Assembly (NCBI GenBank): GCA_964536865.1
Contig: CAZHYN010000003.1
Coordinates: 58,435-90,434, forward strand
Reading direction: 5' to 3'
DNA length: 32,000 bases
From: an uncultured Planctomycetia bacterium
Lineage (GTDB): Bacteria; Omnitrophota; Gorgyraeia; Duberdicusellales; 4484-171
Positions 31,634-32,000 of this stretch are shown piece by piece (positions within the stretch are counted from its first letter, which is position 1; each line of letters begins with the position of its first letter). The notes beneath the pieces were generated by a model, which was given only the letters and a program-made list of their open reading frames with translations, did not search any database and was not told the origin of the DNA. Position numbers and translations under genes: made by a program.

Positions 31634-31705
31634 AGCCTGGAGTGGGAATTGAACCCACGACCACCTCCTTACCAAGGAGGTGCTCTACCTCTGAGCTATC
31701 CAGGC
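31634..31705 (-). tRNA. trnT: tRNA-Thr, anticodon GGU
   Basis: The minus strand folds as GCCTGGA TA GCTC AGAGGTA GAGC A CCTCC TTGGTAA GGAGG TGGTC GTGGG TTCAATT CCCAC TCCAGGC T. All four stems are Watson-Crick and the anticodon loop is TT-GGT-AA. No 3' CCA is encoded. Confidence 0.95.
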
Positions 31706-31765
31706 GGTAAATCTCTCTTAAATTTACCGCCTAATTAAATAAAGAATAGAGTCACGTAAGTAAGA

Positions 31766-31793
31766 ATGATACTATAAAAAAATTTTTTGTCAA
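31766..31793 (-). promoter_or_regulatory. Candidate sigma70-type promoter for the tRNA-Thr/rpmG transcript
   Basis: On the minus strand there is a perfect TTGACA (31793..31788), a 16-nt A5T7-rich spacer and TATCAT (31771..31766). It lies about 60 nt upstream of the tRNA-Thr 5' end. This is a sequence match only. Confidence 0.35.
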
Positions 31794-31857
31794 GGAAAAA
31801 AATTATGATGTTGTTACAATAACAAAATGTTAAAAATAATTACTACAATAAAATGTT

Positions 31858-31960
31858 TTCGCCAAAGGCGAATCCACCTCAGGTGGAAAATTTTTAGTTA
31901 AAGGCAACCACCTCAAGAAGTACAATTTAAGCTATTTAAAGATAAAAGGAGGGGGTTGCC
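31858..31960 (+). promoter_or_regulatory. Structured 5' leader with a helix that would sequester the SD of the plus-strand gene
   Basis: Two adjacent small GC hairpins are present: TTCGCC-AAA-GGCGAA (31858..31872) and TCCACC-TCA-GGTGGA (31873..31887). GGCAACCACCTC (31903..31914) is complementary in 11 of 12 positions to GAGGGGGTTGCC (31949..31960), which contains the SD. The CCACCT element occurs twice. Confidence 0.35.
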
Positions 31961-31961
31961 T

Positions 31962-32000
31962 ATGGAGTATATTGTTAAGATGAAAGATATCAAAAAATAT
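31962..32000 (+). CDS. 5' end (13 codons) of a plus-strand protein gene; product undetermined, with an N-terminus reminiscent of ABC-transporter ATPases
   Basis: ATG at 31962 is preceded by AAAGGAGGGGG, with GGAGG 9 nt upstream. The translation is MEYIVKMKDIKKY..., and the I-x-(M/L)-K-(D/N)-I-x-K-x-(F/Y) pattern is common at ABC ATPase N-termini. Thirteen residues are too few to be sure. Confidence 0.5.
   Translation, partial: MEYIVKMKDIKKY

Noticed and set aside
1-32000. Search for a novel accessory system (defence island, toxin-antitoxin, CRISPR, retron, integrase or transposase, phage remnant, orphan ORFs)
   Set aside because: Every ORF of meaningful length on the coding strand is a recognisable, universally conserved housekeeping gene in canonical order. 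Non-coding space totals only a few hundred nt. I saw no direct or inverted repeat arrays and no recombinase-like ORFs. Claiming a new system here would not be supported.

Overview
This window is almost entirely the core transcription/translation gene cluster of a visibly AT-rich bacterium. Everything except the last 39 nt is encoded on the minus strand. In minus-strand order: tRNA-Thr(GGU), rpmG, tRNA-Trp(CCA), a 151-nt structured spacer, then secE-nusG-rplK-rplA-rplJ-rplL-rpoB-rpoC. That block runs without a break into rpsL-rpsG-fusA-tuf (str), rpsJ to rpsQ (S10), rplN to rplO-secY-adk-map-infA-rpmJ (spc) and rpsM-rpsK-rpsD-rpoA-rplQ (alpha). An aspartate-aminotransferase-like gene and the 5' ~297 codons of a leuC-like aconitase-family dehydratase follow and run off the left edge. 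That makes 45 protein genes and 2 tRNAs on one strand. Reading the sequence added items missing from the ORF track: rpmJ (5050..5163), rpmG (31341..31493), the partial leuC-like gene (1..892) and both tRNAs. I also trimmed the rpsC and rpoC starts to the conserved N-termini. The genetic code looks standard: TGA is used as a stop and tRNA-Trp has anticodon CCA. The right edge holds a divergent intergenic region and the first 13 codons of a plus-strand gene with a strong Shine-Dalgarno (SD) sequence. I found no mobile element, CRISPR array, defence or toxin system, or unassigned sizeable ORF, so I do not think this window holds a novel multi-gene system. The observations worth a second look are modest: (1) extreme compaction that leaves no room for the classical r-protein autoregulatory leaders; (2) no L30 gene, with rpsE overlapping rplO; (3) a CxCx4CxxC insertion in EF-Tu and pervasive Cys4 zinc-type forms of S4, S14, L24, L33, L36 and Adk; (4) a lysine-rich C-terminal tail on L17; (5) amino-acid metabolism genes fused to the end of the alpha operon; (6) a GC-rich nested hairpin between tRNA-Trp and secE; (7) a 12-nt helix that would sequester the SD in the leader of the plus-strand gene.
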